NCBI GenBank assembly: GCA_037071015.1
Contig: JBAMOY010000001.1
Coordinates: forward strand, 1,072,847 to 1,136,846
DNA from: Bacilli bacterium
GTDB taxonomy: Bacteria > Bacillota_I > Bacilli_A > RF39 > UBA660
Direction: 5' to 3'
Length of the DNA stretch: 64,000 bases
Both the position numbers and the translations under genes were made by a program. The notes under the pieces are model-generated. The model made no database searches. It worked only from the letters and a program-made list of their open reading frames with translations, and had not been told where the DNA came from. Position 1 is the first letter of the stretch. Each line of letters opens with the position of its first letter. This document shows, in pieces, positions 1-11,073 of the stretch.

Positions 1-63
1 CCCGGTTATTTCACCAGCAATTTCTAATAGTTCTATTTCTCTTTTATCCTTAATACTTATCAC
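1..63 (-). CDS. map: methionine aminopeptidase, N-terminal fragment (runs off window)
   Basis: Minus-strand translation ISIKDKREIELLEIAGEITG matches the MAP N-terminus. It lies immediately downstream of adk as in the Firmicute spc cluster. Candidate GTG start overlaps the adk stop (TAGTG). Confidence 0.45.
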   Translation of the reverse strand, partial: MISIKDKREIELLEIAGEITG

Positions 64-701
64 TAATAATCGCCGCCATTTAAAATTTTTTCAACTTCTA
101 AAAATGTTTTTTCAGCATTTTCAGAATTAACGCGATAAAGAATATTTTTATCTTCATAATAATCTAAAATATCTTTAACATTATCTAAATATATATTAAA
201 TCTATTTTTAAAAGACTCTTCATTATCGTCTTTTCTGCCTACTAATGTTGCTCCACAGACATCACACTTATCTGCAACAATAGGGGCTGTATCTTGAAAA
301 TAAATATTATATATTTTTCCACAACTTGAACAATTTAACCTACCTAAAGCTCTCTTCAAAGCTATATCTTCATTAATATCTAAATTTATTACGATGTAAT
401 CGCTAAAAAATTCATCTAATAATTTTGCTTGGTTTAAATTCCTAGGAAACCCATCTAAAACAATTGGACCAACTTTAAGGTCACCTAATTTATTTTTAAG
501 CAATTCAGTTGTAGTAACATCATCAATTAATATTCCAGCATTTATCATATCATGAATTTTACGATTAAAATCTGTACTATCATCTAAATCACGAAAAATT
601 TGACCCATTGAAATGTGTTTATAGCCGTAGCGATTCTTTAACATTTCACATTGTGTCCCCTTACCTGCAGCTGGGGCACCATATAATATTATATTTTTCA
701 T
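63..701 (-). CDS. adk: adenylate kinase
   Basis: 212 aa. Has the GAPAAGKGTQ P-loop and a CxxC..CxxC lid Zn motif. Follows secY. Confidence 0.95.
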   Translation of the reverse strand: MKNIILYGAPAAGKGTQCEMLKNRYGYKHISMGQIFRDLDDSTDFNRKIHDMINAGILIDDVTTTELLKNKLGDLKVGPIVLDGFPRNLNQAKLLDEFFSDYIVINLDINEDIALKRALGRLNCSSCGKIYNIYFQDTAPIVADKCDVCGATLVGRKDDNEESFKNRFNIYLDNVKDILDYYEDKNILYRVNSENAEKTFLEVEKILNGGDY

Positions 702-1976
702 TTATCTCCTTTTTCTTCCTTTCGAATATGTTCTAGTACTGATTTGACTCTCAATCTGTTTATATGTTTCTAATGTAACTCCAACAACAATTAAAAGTCC
801 AGTACCACCTATAGTTACACTTGTAGGTAAACCTGAGAACATTCCAAATAAAATTGGAAGAGCGGCAATAACTGCTAAGAATATAGCTCCTGCCATCGTA
901 ATCCTTTTTAAAACTTTGCCTACATATTTAACTGTTTCATCGCCTGGTCTAACCCCCGGAATAAAACCACCATTCTTTTGCAAATTTTCAGCTAATTCTT
1001 TAGGTTTTAACTGTAAGAATGTATAAAAATATGCAAATGCAATAATTAATAAAATATATAATATAAATCCGGTTGGTGTTGTGTAATTTAACCATTTACT
1101 AACAAATAGAGAAAATCCCTCATTTTTAGTAAATTGAGCAATTAATCCCGGAATAGAAATAATTGCTGAAGAGAATATAACGGGAATAACACCAGCTGAA
1201 TTTAATTTAAATGGAATATAGTTTTGACCACCATTCATACTGCTAGTAGATTTATTAGCGTATTGAATAGGAATACGTCTTTCAGCACTCTCTTCATATA
1301 CGACACCAATAATAACAGCAACGTATAATGCAATGAAAATTATAAATTTAATAATTCCCAATAGTGTCTGTTGAACATCACCTATAATAACAAGCCCCTG
1401 GTATGCTTCCACAAACATTGTCGGTAAGCTTGCAATTATTCCTGCCATAATAATTAACGAAATTCCATTGCCAATACCCTTAGAAGTAATTTGATCTCCT
1501 AACCATAGCAAGAATGCAGTTCCAGCAGTTAATACGGTTGCAAATTCCATATAATCAAGTACTGTTCCATTTTTAATAAATGCAAATGATAACATATATC
1601 CTTGAACAAAAGCCAAAATAATTCCAACCACACGTGTAATTTGATTTAATTTAGTTCTACCTGTATGGCCTTCTTTAGATAATTCAGCTAAATAAGGTAT
1701 GATATCCATTTGTAATAATTGTATAACGATTGATGCGGTTATATACGGCATTACACCAAGTGCTAAAATAGAAAATTTTTCCATTGCACCGCCGCCCATC
1801 GCATTAATAAGGCCTAGAAAACCTAATTTACTCGTATCTAACGCACTTTTATCTACCCCAGGAACAATGATTGAAGTTCCTACTTTAAATAGAAATAAAA
1901 TTAGAAAAGTAAATAATATCTTCTTTTGTAAATCCTTATTTTTGGGATTAAATATTTGCTTTACAGTTGCAAACAA
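702..1976 (-). CDS. secY: preprotein translocase SecY
   Basis: 424 aa, multi-TM. Canonical position between rplO and adk. Confidence 0.95.
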   Translation of the reverse strand: MFATVKQIFNPKNKDLQKKILFTFLILFLFKVGTSIIVPGVDKSALDTSKLGFLGLINAMGGGAMEKFSILALGVMPYITASIVIQLLQMDIIPYLAELSKEGHTGRTKLNQITRVVGIILAFVQGYMLSFAFIKNGTVLDYMEFATVLTAGTAFLLWLGDQITSKGIGNGISLIIMAGIIASLPTMFVEAYQGLVIIGDVQQTLLGIIKFIIFIALYVAVIIGVVYEESAERRIPIQYANKSTSSMNGGQNYIPFKLNSAGVIPVIFSSAIISIPGLIAQFTKNEGFSLFVSKWLNYTTPTGFILYILLIIAFAYFYTFLQLKPKELAENLQKNGGFIPGVRPGDETVKYVGKVLKRITMAGAIFLAVIAALPILFGMFSGLPTSVTIGGTGLLIVVGVTLETYKQIESQISTRTYSKGRKRR

Positions 1977-2420
1977 TTAAATCACCTCGGCTTTTCCACC
2001 TAATTTTTCTATCTGTTCTTTAGCTACATCAGAAAATTTGTGTGCTTTTACAGTTAATTTCTTTTCTAAAGTACCATTTCCTAATACTTTAATACCATCT
2101 AATTGATTTTTTATTAAGCCCATTTCTTTTAGTAATTCTGGAGTAATAACAGCTTCGTTTTCAAATTTGTTTAAATCACTTAAATTAATAACAGCATATT
2201 TAGTTTTAAATTTAGCATTAGTAAATCCTCTTTTTGGTAAACGTCTATAAAGAGGTAATTGGCCACCTTCAAATCCTGGTTTGTGACTATAACCACTTCT
2301 AGCTTTTTGTCCTTTTTCTCCACGACCTGAAGTTTTTCCTAAACCACTACCAACACCACGACCAACTCTTTTACGAGTTTTTATAGCGCCCTCAGTAGGA
2401 TGAATATTGTATAATTTCAT
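1977..2420 (-). CDS. rplO: 50S ribosomal protein L15
   Basis: 147 aa Gly/Arg-rich N-terminus typical of L15. Directly abuts rpsE, with no rpmD between. Confidence 0.93.
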   Translation of the reverse strand: MKLYNIHPTEGAIKTRKRVGRGVGSGLGKTSGRGEKGQKARSGYSHKPGFEGGQLPLYRRLPKRGFTNAKFKTKYAVINLSDLNKFENEAVITPELLKEMGLIKNQLDGIKVLGNGTLEKKLTVKAHKFSDVAKEQIEKLGGKAEVI

Positions 2421-2421
2421 A

Positions 2422-2931
2422 TTATATAATCTCCTCTACTTTTAATCCACGAAGTTTTGCTACCTCATCAACAGTTTTTTGTGATTTTAATGCTTCTAAA
2501 GTTGCATATGCCATATTAATTTTTGTATTTGATCCTAAAGATTTAGATAAAATATCTTTAACTCCAGCTAATTCTAATACTGCTCTTACTGGTCCTCCAG
2601 CTTTTACTCCTGTACCTTTTAAAGCAGGTTTTAGCATTACTTTACTAGCTCCTCTAACTCCGATTGCTTCATGTGGGATTGTTCTTTCATCAACTAATGA
2701 TACTCTAACTACATTCTTTGTAGCAGCTTGGACAGCTTTCTTAATTGCATCTGGAACTTCATTAGCTTTTCCAGTACCAATTCCAACTTGACCTTTTTTA
2801 TCCCCTACAGCTACTGTAGCAGAGAAACGGAAATGACGACCACCTTTTGTTACTTTTGTAACTCGACCAATATTGATAATTTCTTCTTCAAATTGTTTTG
2901 GGCGTGGTTCTCTTCTTCTTTTTTCCATCAA
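2422..2931 (-). CDS. rpsE: 30S ribosomal protein S5
   Basis: 169 aa S5 signature sequence and operon context. Confidence 0.95.
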   Translation of the reverse strand: MMEKRRREPRPKQFEEEIINIGRVTKVTKGGRHFRFSATVAVGDKKGQVGIGTGKANEVPDAIKKAVQAATKNVVRVSLVDERTIPHEAIGVRGASKVMLKPALKGTGVKAGGPVRAVLELAGVKDILSKSLGSNTKINMAYATLEALKSQKTVDEVAKLRGLKVEEII

Positions 2932-2942
2932 TTACCCTCCTT

Positions 2943-3305
2943 TTAGAATTCTAATCCATTTTCGCGTGCAGCTTCAGCTAAAGCTCTAACACGTCCGTGA
3001 TATAGGTATCCACCTCTATCAAATGTTACTTTAATAATTTTAGCTTTTTTAGCTCTTTTAGCTAATAATTCTCCAACTTTTGTAGCAGCTTCGATGTTTC
3101 CACCATTTTCTAGCTTTAACTCTTTATCGATTGAAGATGCACTAACTAAAGTAACAGCTTTTTCATCATCTATGATTTGCGCAAAGATATTACCGTTAGA
3201 TCTAAAAACATTTAAACGTGGAACCTCAGCAGTACCAGATATTTTGTTTCTAACACGAGCATGTCTTGCTTGACGCATTTCATTGCGAGATACTTTTTTA
3301 ATCAT
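2943..3305 (-). CDS. rplR: 50S ribosomal protein L18
   Basis: 120 aa, operon order. Confidence 0.93.
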   Translation of the reverse strand: MIKKVSRNEMRQARHARVRNKISGTAEVPRLNVFRSNGNIFAQIIDDEKAVTLVSASSIDKELKLENGGNIEAATKVGELLAKRAKKAKIIKVTFDRGGYLYHGRVRALAEAARENGLEF

Positions 3306-3329
3306 TAGTATTACTCTCCTTTACTTTAA

Positions 3330-3863
3330 TTATTTAGCTGCTTTTTTACCAACTTTACGAATAATTGTTTCATCAGCATATTTAATACCTTTACCTTTAT
3401 ATGGTTCAGGTTTTCTAATCTTTCTTACGTTAGCGGCAAATTCACCTACTAAACATTTATCGATTCCCTTAACAGTTAATTCAGTATTACTTGGACATTC
3501 CAAAGTAATTCCTGTTGGAATATCAACTTCTACTGGGTGTGAATATCCAGCAGTAACCACTAGTTTATCACCCTTTAATGTAAAACGATATCCGACACCA
3601 ACTGCCTCTAATTTCTTTTCAAAACCAGCTGTTACACCAATAATCATATTATTGATATTAGCATTAGCAGTTCCATGGAAATTTTTAACTGTATCATTTT
3701 TGCGTTCAACAGTTAATTCTTGACCATTTACTTTTACAGTAAGATCTTTGTTTATTTCAGTAGAAAGTTCACCTTTAGGACCTTTAACTGTAACAATATT
3801 ACCATCAACTGATACTGTAACACCTTCTGGTATTGAAAGAACTTTATTTCCAATACGACTCAT
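3330..3863 (-). CDS. rplF: 50S ribosomal protein L6
   Basis: 177 aa, MSRIGNK start typical of L6. Confidence 0.95.
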   Translation of the reverse strand: MSRIGNKVLSIPEGVTVSVDGNIVTVKGPKGELSTEINKDLTVKVNGQELTVERKNDTVKNFHGTANANINNMIIGVTAGFEKKLEAVGVGYRFTLKGDKLVVTAGYSHPVEVDIPTGITLECPSNTELTVKGIDKCLVGEFAANVRKIRKPEPYKGKGIKYADETIIRKVGKKAAK

Positions 3864-3881
3864 ATATATCCTCCTTACTTT

Positions 3882-4277
3882 CTACCAAATGTATGCTAAT
3901 ACTTCGCCACCAAGAGATTCTGTTCTAGCTTGCTTGTCAGTCATAATTCCCTTTGATGTTGAAATGATAGCAATACCTAGTCCATTTAATACTTTTGGTA
4001 CTTCATCAGCCTTAACATATACGCGTAAACCTGGTTTAGAGATTCTTTTTAACCCAGTTATAACACGTTCTTTGTTTTGTCCATATTTTAAATTTAAGAC
4101 AATTATATTCTGAATATTATTCTTCTTAATTTTATAATCAGCAATAAAACCAGTTTCTTTTAATATTCTTGCAATTTCTTCTTTTATTTTTGAAGCGGGT
4201 ACTTCAACTTCTATATATCGCATTTGATTAGCATTACGAATTCTTGTAAGCATATCTGCGATTGGATCTGTTACCAT
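3882..4277 (-). CDS. rpsH: 30S ribosomal protein S8
   Basis: 131 aa, [16 protein letters not shown] start. Confidence 0.95.
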   Translation of the reverse strand: MVTDPIADMLTRIRNANQMRYIEVEVPASKIKEEIARILKETGFIADYKIKKNNIQNIIVLNLKYGQNKERVITGLKRISKPGLRVYVKADEVPKVLNGLGIAIISTSKGIMTDKQARTESLGGEVLAYIW

Positions 4278-4296
4278 ATATATCCTCCCTTCAATT

Positions 4297-4482
4297 CTAC
4301 CAACTAGATTTTTTAATTCCTGGTATTTGTCCTTTATAAGCTAATTCCCTAAAACAAATACGGCAAATTCCATATTTTCTAAGTACTGCGTGAGGTCTTC
4401 CGCATCTTTGACAACGAGTATACTCACGTACTTTAAATTTAGGGGTTCTACTAGCCTTAACTTTCATACTTGTTTTAGCCAT
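4297..4482 (-). CDS. rpsN: 30S ribosomal protein S14, Zn-ribbon (type Z) form
   Basis: 61 aa with CQRCGR...CRIC cysteines. Confidence 0.9.
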   Translation of the reverse strand: MAKTSMKVKASRTPKFKVREYTRCQRCGRPHAVLRKYGICRICFRELAYKGQIPGIKKSSW

Positions 4483-4502
4483 ATTATCCTCCTTTTTTAG
4501 AG

Positions 4503-5042
4503 TTATTTCTTAAACGGCATACCAAAGCCTTTTAAGAGATCGTACGCTTCTTCGTTTGTTTTTGCTGTTGTAACAAAAACGATATCCATACCACGCACTT
4601 TAACAACATTATCATATTCTATTTCTGAGAAAATTAATTGTTCAGTTAAACCTAATGTATAGTTTCCTCTACCATCAAAAGCCTTAGGAGATATTCCTCT
4701 AAAATCTCTTACACGTGGTAATGTAATACTAATTAGTTTATCTAAGAAATTATACATGTTTTCTCCACGTAAAGTAACTTTACATCCGATTGGTTGTCCT
4801 TCTCTAACTTTGAAACCAGCAATTGCCTTTTTAGCATGTGTCTTAACTGGTTTTTGACCAGATATAATTTCTAAATCAGCCATTGCAGCATCTAATAATT
4901 TACTATTAGTTGTAGCATCTCCTACACCCATATTAATTACTATTTTGTCTAAAGATGGAACTTCCATTACACTTTTATAACTATATTTTTCTCTTAAACT
5001 AGGTACGATTTCTTTATTATACTTTTCTTTTAGGCGGTTCAT
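4503..5042 (-). CDS. rplE: 50S ribosomal protein L5
   Basis: 179 aa, operon order. Confidence 0.95.
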   Translation of the reverse strand: MNRLKEKYNKEIVPSLREKYSYKSVMEVPSLDKIVINMGVGDATTNSKLLDAAMADLEIISGQKPVKTHAKKAIAGFKVREGQPIGCKVTLRGENMYNFLDKLISITLPRVRDFRGISPKAFDGRGNYTLGLTEQLIFSEIEYDNVVKVRGMDIVFVTTAKTNEEAYDLLKGFGMPFKK

Positions 5043-5059
5043 ATATACCCTCCTTCCAA

Positions 5060-5377
5060 TTAATCAAGGCTCTCATTAGATTTTTTTGCTACTCTAATCT
5101 TTTTGCCCTTTTTATCAATAGTATGTCCTATTCTGGTTCTTTTTTTAGTTTTAGGATCAAGAATCATAACATTAGAAGCATGAATTGGTACTTCTACTTC
5201 TACAATACTACCAGCACTTTGACCGTTTGGTTTAATATGTTTTTTAGCTATATTAATACCTTCAACAACGACCTTATTATCAGCTTTTAGTATCTTGGTT
5301 ATTTTACCTTCCTTACCCTTATCTTTACCAGCTATAACAATTACCTTATCTCCAGTTTTCAAGTTCATGTTTCTCAT
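5060..5377 (-). CDS. rplX: 50S ribosomal protein L24
   Basis: 105 aa, KOW-like sequence. Confidence 0.93.
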   Translation of the reverse strand: MRNMNLKTGDKVIVIAGKDKGKEGKITKILKADNKVVVEGINIAKKHIKPNGQSAGSIVEVEVPIHASNVMILDPKTKKRTRIGHTIDKKGKKIRVAKKSNESLD

Positions 5378-5385
5378 CCTTTCAA

Positions 5386-5754
5386 CTATAGCACTTCTTT
5401 AGCAAGTGATACAATTTTCATAAAATCTTTATCACGCAATTCACGTGCGACTGGTCCAAATACACGAGTTCCAACTGGACTCTTATCATCTTTAATAATA
5501 ACACAAGCGTTATCATCGAATTTAATGTAAGATCCATCTTCTCTTCTTAGACCAAATTTGCTTCTAACAACTACAGCCTTGACAACTTTACCTTTGCCAA
5601 CTGTTCCGTTAGGTGTTGCTTTTTTAATAGTCCCAACAACTATATCACCAATATTTCCAGTTTTAACTTTACTTCCACCTAGTACTCTAATAACAGAAAG
5701 TTCACGAGCACCAGAGTTGTCAGCAACTTTCAAACGGCTTTCTTGTTGAATCAT
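5386..5754 (-). CDS. rplN: 50S ribosomal protein L14
   Basis: 122 aa, [16 protein letters not shown] start. Confidence 0.95.
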   Translation of the reverse strand: MIQQESRLKVADNSGARELSVIRVLGGSKVKTGNIGDIVVGTIKKATPNGTVGKGKVVKAVVVRSKFGLRREDGSYIKFDDNACVIIKDDKSPVGTRVFGPVARELRDKDFMKIVSLAKEVL

Positions 5755-5780
5755 ATTTAATCCTCCTTTTTCGAGTACAA

Positions 5781-6041
5781 TTATAAAATAATTGCTTTTT
5801 CTACTATTTCAACCAAACGATAACGTTTCATTTTTGATAATGGTCTAGTTTCCACGATACGAACTTTATCACCAATCTTAGCTTCGTTCTTTTCATCATG
5901 AGCAGTATATTTTTTTGAATATTTTACGCGTTTTTTATATAAAGGGTCATTTTTGTAAGTTTCTACTAAAACCGTAATTGTTTTGTCATTTTTATCGCTA
6001 ACGACTTTACCAATTAATTCACGAGTTCTCTTATCTTGCAT
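5781..6041 (-). CDS. rpsQ: 30S ribosomal protein S17
   Basis: 86 aa, operon order. Confidence 0.93.
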   Translation of the reverse strand: MQDKRTRELIGKVVSDKNDKTITVLVETYKNDPLYKKRVKYSKKYTAHDEKNEAKIGDKVRIVETRPLSKMKRYRLVEIVEKAIIL

Positions 6042-6241
6042 TATTTTTCCTCCTTAAGTTCACGTTCACGTAAAATTGTTTTCATACGTGCAACTAACTT
6101 TCTTAAATCATTAATTCTTGAAGGTTTTTCAAGATTACCAGTAGCTTGACTAAAACGTAAATTAAATAGTTCTTCCTTAGTTTCTTCAATTTTTTTCAAA
6201 ATTTCTTCATTGGTTAATTCTCTAATTTCACTATTTTTCAT
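6041..6241 (-). CDS. rpmC: 50S ribosomal protein L29
   Basis: Likely start is the internal [10 protein letters not shown], as in B. subtilis MKANEIRDLT. The ORF track extends to 6253. Confidence 0.85.
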   Translation of the reverse strand: MKNSEIRELTNEEILKKIEETKEELFNLRFSQATGNLEKPSRINDLRKLVARMKTILRERELKEEK

Positions 6242-6662
6242 TAGTTTCACCACTTTCTTTTACTACAAACTTACATTTTATTGGAAGTTTATGCATAGCC
6301 AATCTGAACGCTTCACGAGCTATTTCTTCACTTACGCCTCCAATTTCAAACATAACTTTACCCTTTTTAACAACTGCAACCCAAACCTCTGGTTGACCTT
6401 TACCTTTACCCATACGAGTTTCTAAAGGTATTTTTGTAAGTGATAAATGTGGGAATATATTAATCCATACTTTACCACCACGTTTCATATAACGAGTCAT
6501 AGCAACACGAGCCGCTTCAATTTGTTGTTGAGTAATCCAAGCACCTTCCATTGCCATTAATCCATATTCACCAAAGTTAACTTTTGTATTTCCTTTGGCT
6601 ACACCATCATAACGCAAACGATGAGGTCTACGATATTTAGTTCTTTTTGGAATGACTGCCAT
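6231..6662 (-). CDS. rplP: 50S ribosomal protein L16
   Basis: Track ORF is 203 aa. The true start is the internal [12 protein letters not shown] (L16 N-terminus), giving 143 aa. The upstream extension overlaps rpsC. Confidence 0.9.
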   Translation of the reverse strand: MAVIPKRTKYRRPHRLRYDGVAKGNTKVNFGEYGLMAMEGAWITQQQIEAARVAMTRYMKRGGKVWINIFPHLSLTKIPLETRMGKGKGQPEVWVAVVKKGKVMFEIGGVSEEIAREAFRLAMHKLPIKCKFVVKESGETNEK

Positions 6663-7314
6663 CGCTATTACCTCCCTTGTTTTTCTTAGGAAGGATTTCT
6701 CCTTTATAAATCCATACTTTAACGCCAATTTTTCCATATGTTGTATTAGCCTCTTTATGTGCATAATCAACATCAGCACGTAATGTATGTAATGGAATAT
6801 TTCCTTCTGTATATCCTTCTGTTCTTGCCATTTCAGCACCACCTAAACGTCCTGAAACAGCAGTTTTAATTCCTTTTGCTCCTGCTTTCATAGCATTTCT
6901 AATTGCTTTCTTTTGAGCAATACGGAATGAAACACGATTTTCGATTTGATGCGCTATATTTTCAGCAACTAAAGCAGCATCAATATCTGGATTTTTAATT
7001 TCCATAATAGAAATTTGAACATCTTCATCTACTAATTTAGATAATTCTTTTTTTACCTTTTCGATTTCTTCACCACCATGTCCGATTACTACACCAGGTT
7101 TAGAAGTATTAATAATTACTTCTGTTTTTTTGGCGGTTCTTTCGATAAGAATACTTGAAACAGATGCATCTTTTAATTTTTTGCTTAAATACTTACGTAT
7201 TTTATCATCATTATTTAAGAATTTAGCAAAATCTTTATTATCTGCATACCATTTTGATTCCCAAGTCTTGTTAATTCCAATTCTAAGTCCCACTGGACTA
7301 ACCTTTTGACCCAC
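6637..7314 (-). CDS. rpsC: 30S ribosomal protein S3
   Basis: 225 aa, KH domain, [13 protein letters not shown] start. Confidence 0.95.
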   Translation of the reverse strand: MGQKVSPVGLRIGINKTWESKWYADNKDFAKFLNNDDKIRKYLSKKLKDASVSSILIERTAKKTEVIINTSKPGVVIGHGGEEIEKVKKELSKLVDEDVQISIMEIKNPDIDAALVAENIAHQIENRVSFRIAQKKAIRNAMKAGAKGIKTAVSGRLGGAEMARTEGYTEGNIPLHTLRADVDYAHKEANTTYGKIGVKVWIYKGEILPKKNKGGNSDGSHSKKN

Positions 7315-7331
7315 AAGATTTCCTCCTTTGC

Positions 7332-7667
7332 CTAATTTTTCTCACTAACAACTATTGTTATATGACTTGTTCTTTTTTTAATCGGATCAACATGTCCACG
7401 TGATCCAAATTTCATTCTCTTTAAAGTTTGACCTTCATTTATATAAGCTTCTTTTACATATAATTTAGTTTTATCTAAACTTAAGTTATTTTCTGCATTA
7501 GCTACAGCTGATGTTAATACTTTTCTAATTTGTCTTGAAGCTTCTTTATTAATGTTAGCTAATATAGTATCTGCTTCAGCTACATCTTTACCACGCACTA
7601 AATCTATAACTAAACGAGCTTTACGAGGTGCAATTCTAATTCCTTTTGCAATCGCTTTTGCTTCCAT
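7332..7667 (-). CDS. rplV: 50S ribosomal protein L22
   Basis: 111 aa, operon order. Confidence 0.93.
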   Translation of the reverse strand: MEAKAIAKGIRIAPRKARLVIDLVRGKDVAEADTILANINKEASRQIRKVLTSAVANAENNLSLDKTKLYVKEAYINEGQTLKRMKFGSRGHVDPIKKRTSHITIVVSEKN

Positions 7668-7692
7668 TTTAGTCCTCCTTCCTGATAATCAA

Positions 7693-7965
7693 TTATTTCT
7701 TAATTTTGTTATCGCCATGTCCACCAAATTTACGTGTTGGAACAAATTCACCTAATTTATGTCCTACCATATCTTCTGTAACATAAACTGGGATAAATTC
7801 TTTACCATTATGAACAGCAAATGTGTGTCCGATAAATTCAGGATAAATTGTTGAACGGCGAGACCAAGTTTTGATTACTTCTTTTGATCCAGATTCATTA
7901 ACCTTTTTAACTTTAGCCATTAGATGTCTATCGATAAAAGGTCCTTTTTTTAAACTTCTAGCCAT
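7693..7965 (-). CDS. rpsS: 30S ribosomal protein S19
   Basis: 90 aa, [12 protein letters not shown] start. Confidence 0.95.
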   Translation of the reverse strand: MARSLKKGPFIDRHLMAKVKKVNESGSKEVIKTWSRRSTIYPEFIGHTFAVHNGKEFIPVYVTEDMVGHKLGEFVPTRKFGGHGDNKIKK

Positions 7966-7982
7966 TTAAACCAATCCTTTCA

Positions 7983-8813
7983 CTATTTTTTACGACGACG
8001 AACAATTAACTTATCAGAAGCTTTTTTCTTGTCACGTGTCTTATATCCTAATGCTGGTTTACCCCATGGAGTAACAGGCCCCTTACGTCCGATTGGCGCA
8101 CGTCCTTCTCCACCACCGTGAGGGTGATCGTTAGGATTCATAACAGAACCACGAACTGTTGGTCTAATACCCATATGTCTTTTACGACCAGCTTTTCCTA
8201 AATTAACTAATTCATGATCAGCATTTCCAACTTCTCCAATAGTAGCACGACAAGTACTTAATACTTTACGAACTTCACCACTATTTAAACGAAGTAGTGT
8301 ATATTTTCCTTCGTGTCCCAAAACTTGAACACTAGTTCCAGCTGAACGAGCCATTTGGCCACCTTTGCCAGCTTTTAATTCAACATTGTGAACCATTGTA
8401 CCTTCTGGAATATTTCCAAGAGCTAAGCAGTTACCAACTTTGATATCTGTCTTATCCCCGCTTTCAATTTTGGCACCAATTTTTAAATTCTTCGGTGCAA
8501 TAATATATCTTTTCTCTCCATCGGCATAATTAATTAAAGCAATGTTAGATGATCTGTTTGGATCGTATTCAATTGCCACAACTGTACCAACAACACCGTC
8601 TTTATTTCTTTTGAAGTCAATGATACGGTATTTACGTTTTGCTCCACCACCACGATGTCTTACAGTAATGCGACCTTGATTATTACGACCACCATTTTTC
8701 TTTAATGTTACAACTAATGATTTTTCTGGAGTAGTTTTAGTAACTTCATCATTGATTAATGTCGTCATCCCACGAAGACCATTAGTCATTGGTTTATAAC
8801 TCTTAATCGCCAT
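7983..8813 (-). CDS. rplB: 50S ribosomal protein L2
   Basis: 276 aa, conserved L2 core. Confidence 0.95.
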   Translation of the reverse strand: MAIKSYKPMTNGLRGMTTLINDEVTKTTPEKSLVVTLKKNGGRNNQGRITVRHRGGGAKRKYRIIDFKRNKDGVVGTVVAIEYDPNRSSNIALINYADGEKRYIIAPKNLKIGAKIESGDKTDIKVGNCLALGNIPEGTMVHNVELKAGKGGQMARSAGTSVQVLGHEGKYTLLRLNSGEVRKVLSTCRATIGEVGNADHELVNLGKAGRKRHMGIRPTVRGSVMNPNDHPHGGGEGRAPIGRKGPVTPWGKPALGYKTRDKKKASDKLIVRRRKK

Positions 8814-8829
8814 AATCTTTTCCTCCTAT

Positions 8830-9111
8830 TTAGTTAAGTTCAATAGAACTTCCTTCTTTTAATTTAACAATTGCTTTTTTTACTTTGTTAGTTTTTCCAA
8901 CATAACGACCAACTCTTTTTTTTCTTGGTTTTACATTGATAGTATTTACACTTTCAACTTGTACGTTGAAGATTTTTTCAATTGCTTGCTTAATTTGTGT
9001 TTTGTTTGCCTTTACGTCTACACTAAAAGTAACAGTATTTTTATTTTGAACTAAATCAGCACTTTTTTCAGTGATAATTGGTGCTTTAATAATATCTCTA
9101 TAATTTGTCAT
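8830..9111 (-). CDS. rplW: 50S ribosomal protein L23
   Basis: 93 aa, operon order. Confidence 0.9.
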   Translation of the reverse strand: MTNYRDIIKAPIITEKSADLVQNKNTVTFSVDVKANKTQIKQAIEKIFNVQVESVNTINVKPRKKRVGRYVGKTNKVKKAIVKLKEGSSIELN

Positions 9112-9112
9112 A

Positions 9113-9739
9113 CTAAGCTAGCACCTCCTCGATTTGTTTTACAGCAGATTCTGTAATAATCATTTTATCAGCACTTATTACATCATAAGTATTAATTTCA
9201 TCTGCAGCTAATAATATTACATTACCTAAATTACGAGTAGCTAAAATAACATTATCAGTTAACTCGCTAACAACTATTAATGTGACAGTGGTGCTAGCTT
9301 CAAAAATATTTAAAATGTTTTTCATATCTTTAGTTTTTGTAGTTTCAACTTCAAAGTTATCTACTACAACTAATTCTTTATTTATAATTTTGTAAGATAA
9401 AGCTGACTTCAAAGCCAATCTTCTCTCTTTACGGTTCATTTTTTTATCATAATCTCTTGGTTGTGGTCCAAATACTGTTCCACCACCTACCCAATGTGGA
9501 GCTCTAGTACTACCCTGACGAGCACGTCCTGTACCTTTTTGTCTCCATGGTTTTCTTCCGCCTCCACTAACTTCACTACGTGTTTTAGTAGCTGCAGTCC
9601 CTTGTCTTTGCGCATTTCTAGTTAATGTAATTGCATCATATAAAACAGTATCGTTTGGAACTATACCCCAAACAGCTTCGTTTAAAGAAATATCCTTTAC
9701 CTTTTCACCCTTTATGTTTAATACAGATTGTTTTTTCAT
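9113..9739 (-). CDS. rplD: 50S ribosomal protein L4
   Basis: 208 aa, operon order. Confidence 0.93.
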   Translation of the reverse strand: MKKQSVLNIKGEKVKDISLNEAVWGIVPNDTVLYDAITLTRNAQRQGTAATKTRSEVSGGGRKPWRQKGTGRARQGSTRAPHWVGGGTVFGPQPRDYDKKMNRKERRLALKSALSYKIINKELVVVDNFEVETTKTKDMKNILNIFEASTTVTLIVVSELTDNVILATRNLGNVILLAADEINTYDVISADKMIITESAVKQIEEVLA

Positions 9740-9753
9740 CTATATCCCTCCTA

Positions 9754-10500
9754 CTAGTTTTCACTTGAAACAGCTTCTTCAGTTGTTTCAGTTTCTTCTA
9801 TCTTTGTAGTTTCAGGTTCAGCTGGTGTTTCAACTACATATGTATTTAATTCTTCAGCTGCATTTATTTTACCAGGGTTCTTAATTGCCGTTTTAATAAC
9901 AACAAGTGATTTTTTTGGTCCAGGAACATTCCCTTTAATTAAAATGCAATTATTTTCCATATCAACAGCAACCACTTCAAGGTTTTGAATAGTTACAGTT
10001 AACATTCCCATATGTCCAGGTAATTTCTTACCTTTAAAAACACGCATTGGTCTCATAGTTCCCATTGAACCTGGTTTTCTATGATAATGAGATCCGTGTC
10101 CCATTGGTCCACGACTTTGATTGTGACGCTTGATTACACCCTGGAATCCATGTCCTTTTGTAACGCCTGTTACATCGACCATTTCCCCAGCTTCAAAAAT
10201 ATCAGCAGTTATTTCTTGCCCCAAAGTGTAAGCATTAATATCTACGCCTCTAATTTCTTTAAAGAAGCGCTTAGGTGTAGTATTAGCTTTATTGGTATGA
10301 CCAACTGAAGCTTTATTTACTAACTTTTCTCTTTTCGTATCAAAACCTAATTGAATCGCTTCATAACCATCATTTTCGATTGTCTTAATTTGTGTTACAA
10401 CATTTGGTTCAACCTCGACAACAGTTACAGGAATCAATTTTCCAGATTTTGTGAAAACTTGTGTCATTCCTAATTTACGACCTAAGATTCCTTTTTTCAT
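9754..10500 (-). CDS. rplC: 50S ribosomal protein L3 with acidic C-terminal extension
   Basis: 248 aa. L3 core followed by an E/T-rich tail of about 35 aa. Confidence 0.93.
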   Translation of the reverse strand: MKKGILGRKLGMTQVFTKSGKLIPVTVVEVEPNVVTQIKTIENDGYEAIQLGFDTKREKLVNKASVGHTNKANTTPKRFFKEIRGVDINAYTLGQEITADIFEAGEMVDVTGVTKGHGFQGVIKRHNQSRGPMGHGSHYHRKPGSMGTMRPMRVFKGKKLPGHMGMLTVTIQNLEVVAVDMENNCILIKGNVPGPKKSLVVIKTAIKNPGKINAAEELNTYVVETPAEPETTKIEETETTEEAVSSEN

Positions 10501-10526
10501 CTTTCTTCCTCCTATACTTTCAATTA

Positions 10527-10838
10527 TTACTTGTTAATAATTTTGATATCAACTCCACTTGGAATATCCAAATGCATAAGTGCATCGATTGTTTCCTTGC
10601 TTGGATTTTTGATATCAATTAATCTTTTGTGTGTTCTTTTTTCAAATTGTTCACGTGAATCCTTGTATTTATGAACAGCTCTTAGAATAGTAATTTTCTC
10701 AATTTCAGTTGGTAATGGAATTGGTCCACTAACAACACCACCTGTTCTTTTAACTGTTTCAACAATTTTCGCACATGCAGTGTCTAAACTTTTATGTTCA
10801 AACGCCTTTAATTTGATACGAACATTTGTCTTAGCCAT
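10527..10838 (-). CDS. rpsJ: 30S ribosomal protein S10
   Basis: 103 aa, first gene of the S10 operon. Confidence 0.95.
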   Translation of the reverse strand: MAKTNVRIKLKAFEHKSLDTACAKIVETVKRTGGVVSGPIPLPTEIEKITILRAVHKYKDSREQFEKRTHKRLIDIKNPSKETIDALMHLDIPSGVDIKIINK

Positions 10839-10969
10839 GTTTTTCCTCCCTTCGCCTATATCTAGTATAGACTTGCTCCGTGTAAAAACCTAATACAAGT
10901 TTAATTGTTCTAACAACTTAACCTGGTGTATCAGCAACCTCACACATCAACGCATGCCACACATTCAAA

Positions 10970-10998
10970 ATTATACACAAAAATTATATGAATTGCAA
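10970..10998 (-). promoter_or_regulatory. sigma-A-type promoter for the S10 operon
   Basis: Minus strand reads TTGCAA-N17-TATAAT with TG just upstream. Followed by a leader of about 110 nt. Confidence 0.5.
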
Positions 10999-11022
10999 GT
11001 GTTTTTTATTCATTTTAGAAAA

Positions 11023-11051
11023 TTGTCAAAATTAGATAATTATGATAGAAT
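11023..11051 (+). promoter_or_regulatory. candidate gpsA promoter, divergent from the S10 promoter
   Basis: TTGTCA-N17-TAGAAT about 20 nt upstream of the GAGGTG RBS. Confidence 0.35.
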
Positions 11052-11073
11052 TTTATTATTCGAGGTGAAATTG

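Noticed and set aside
1699-10308. Plus-strand ORFs antisense to the ribosomal protein operon (1699-1980, 2728-2946, 3283-3723, 3748-4113, 5558-5749, 6210-6425, 7552-7755, 10081-10308)
   Set aside because: They lie entirely within and opposite to highly conserved r-protein genes. They have no RBS and low-complexity translations.
10954-11073. N-terminal extensions in the ORF track (gpsA, and likewise rplP, parA, rsmA, tatD, metG, mfd, tadA, recF, dnaN, mnmE, rplI)
   Set aside because: In each case an internal ATG with a good Shine-Dalgarno reproduces the conserved N-terminus of the family. The upstream portion lacks an RBS and overlaps promoters or neighbouring genes.
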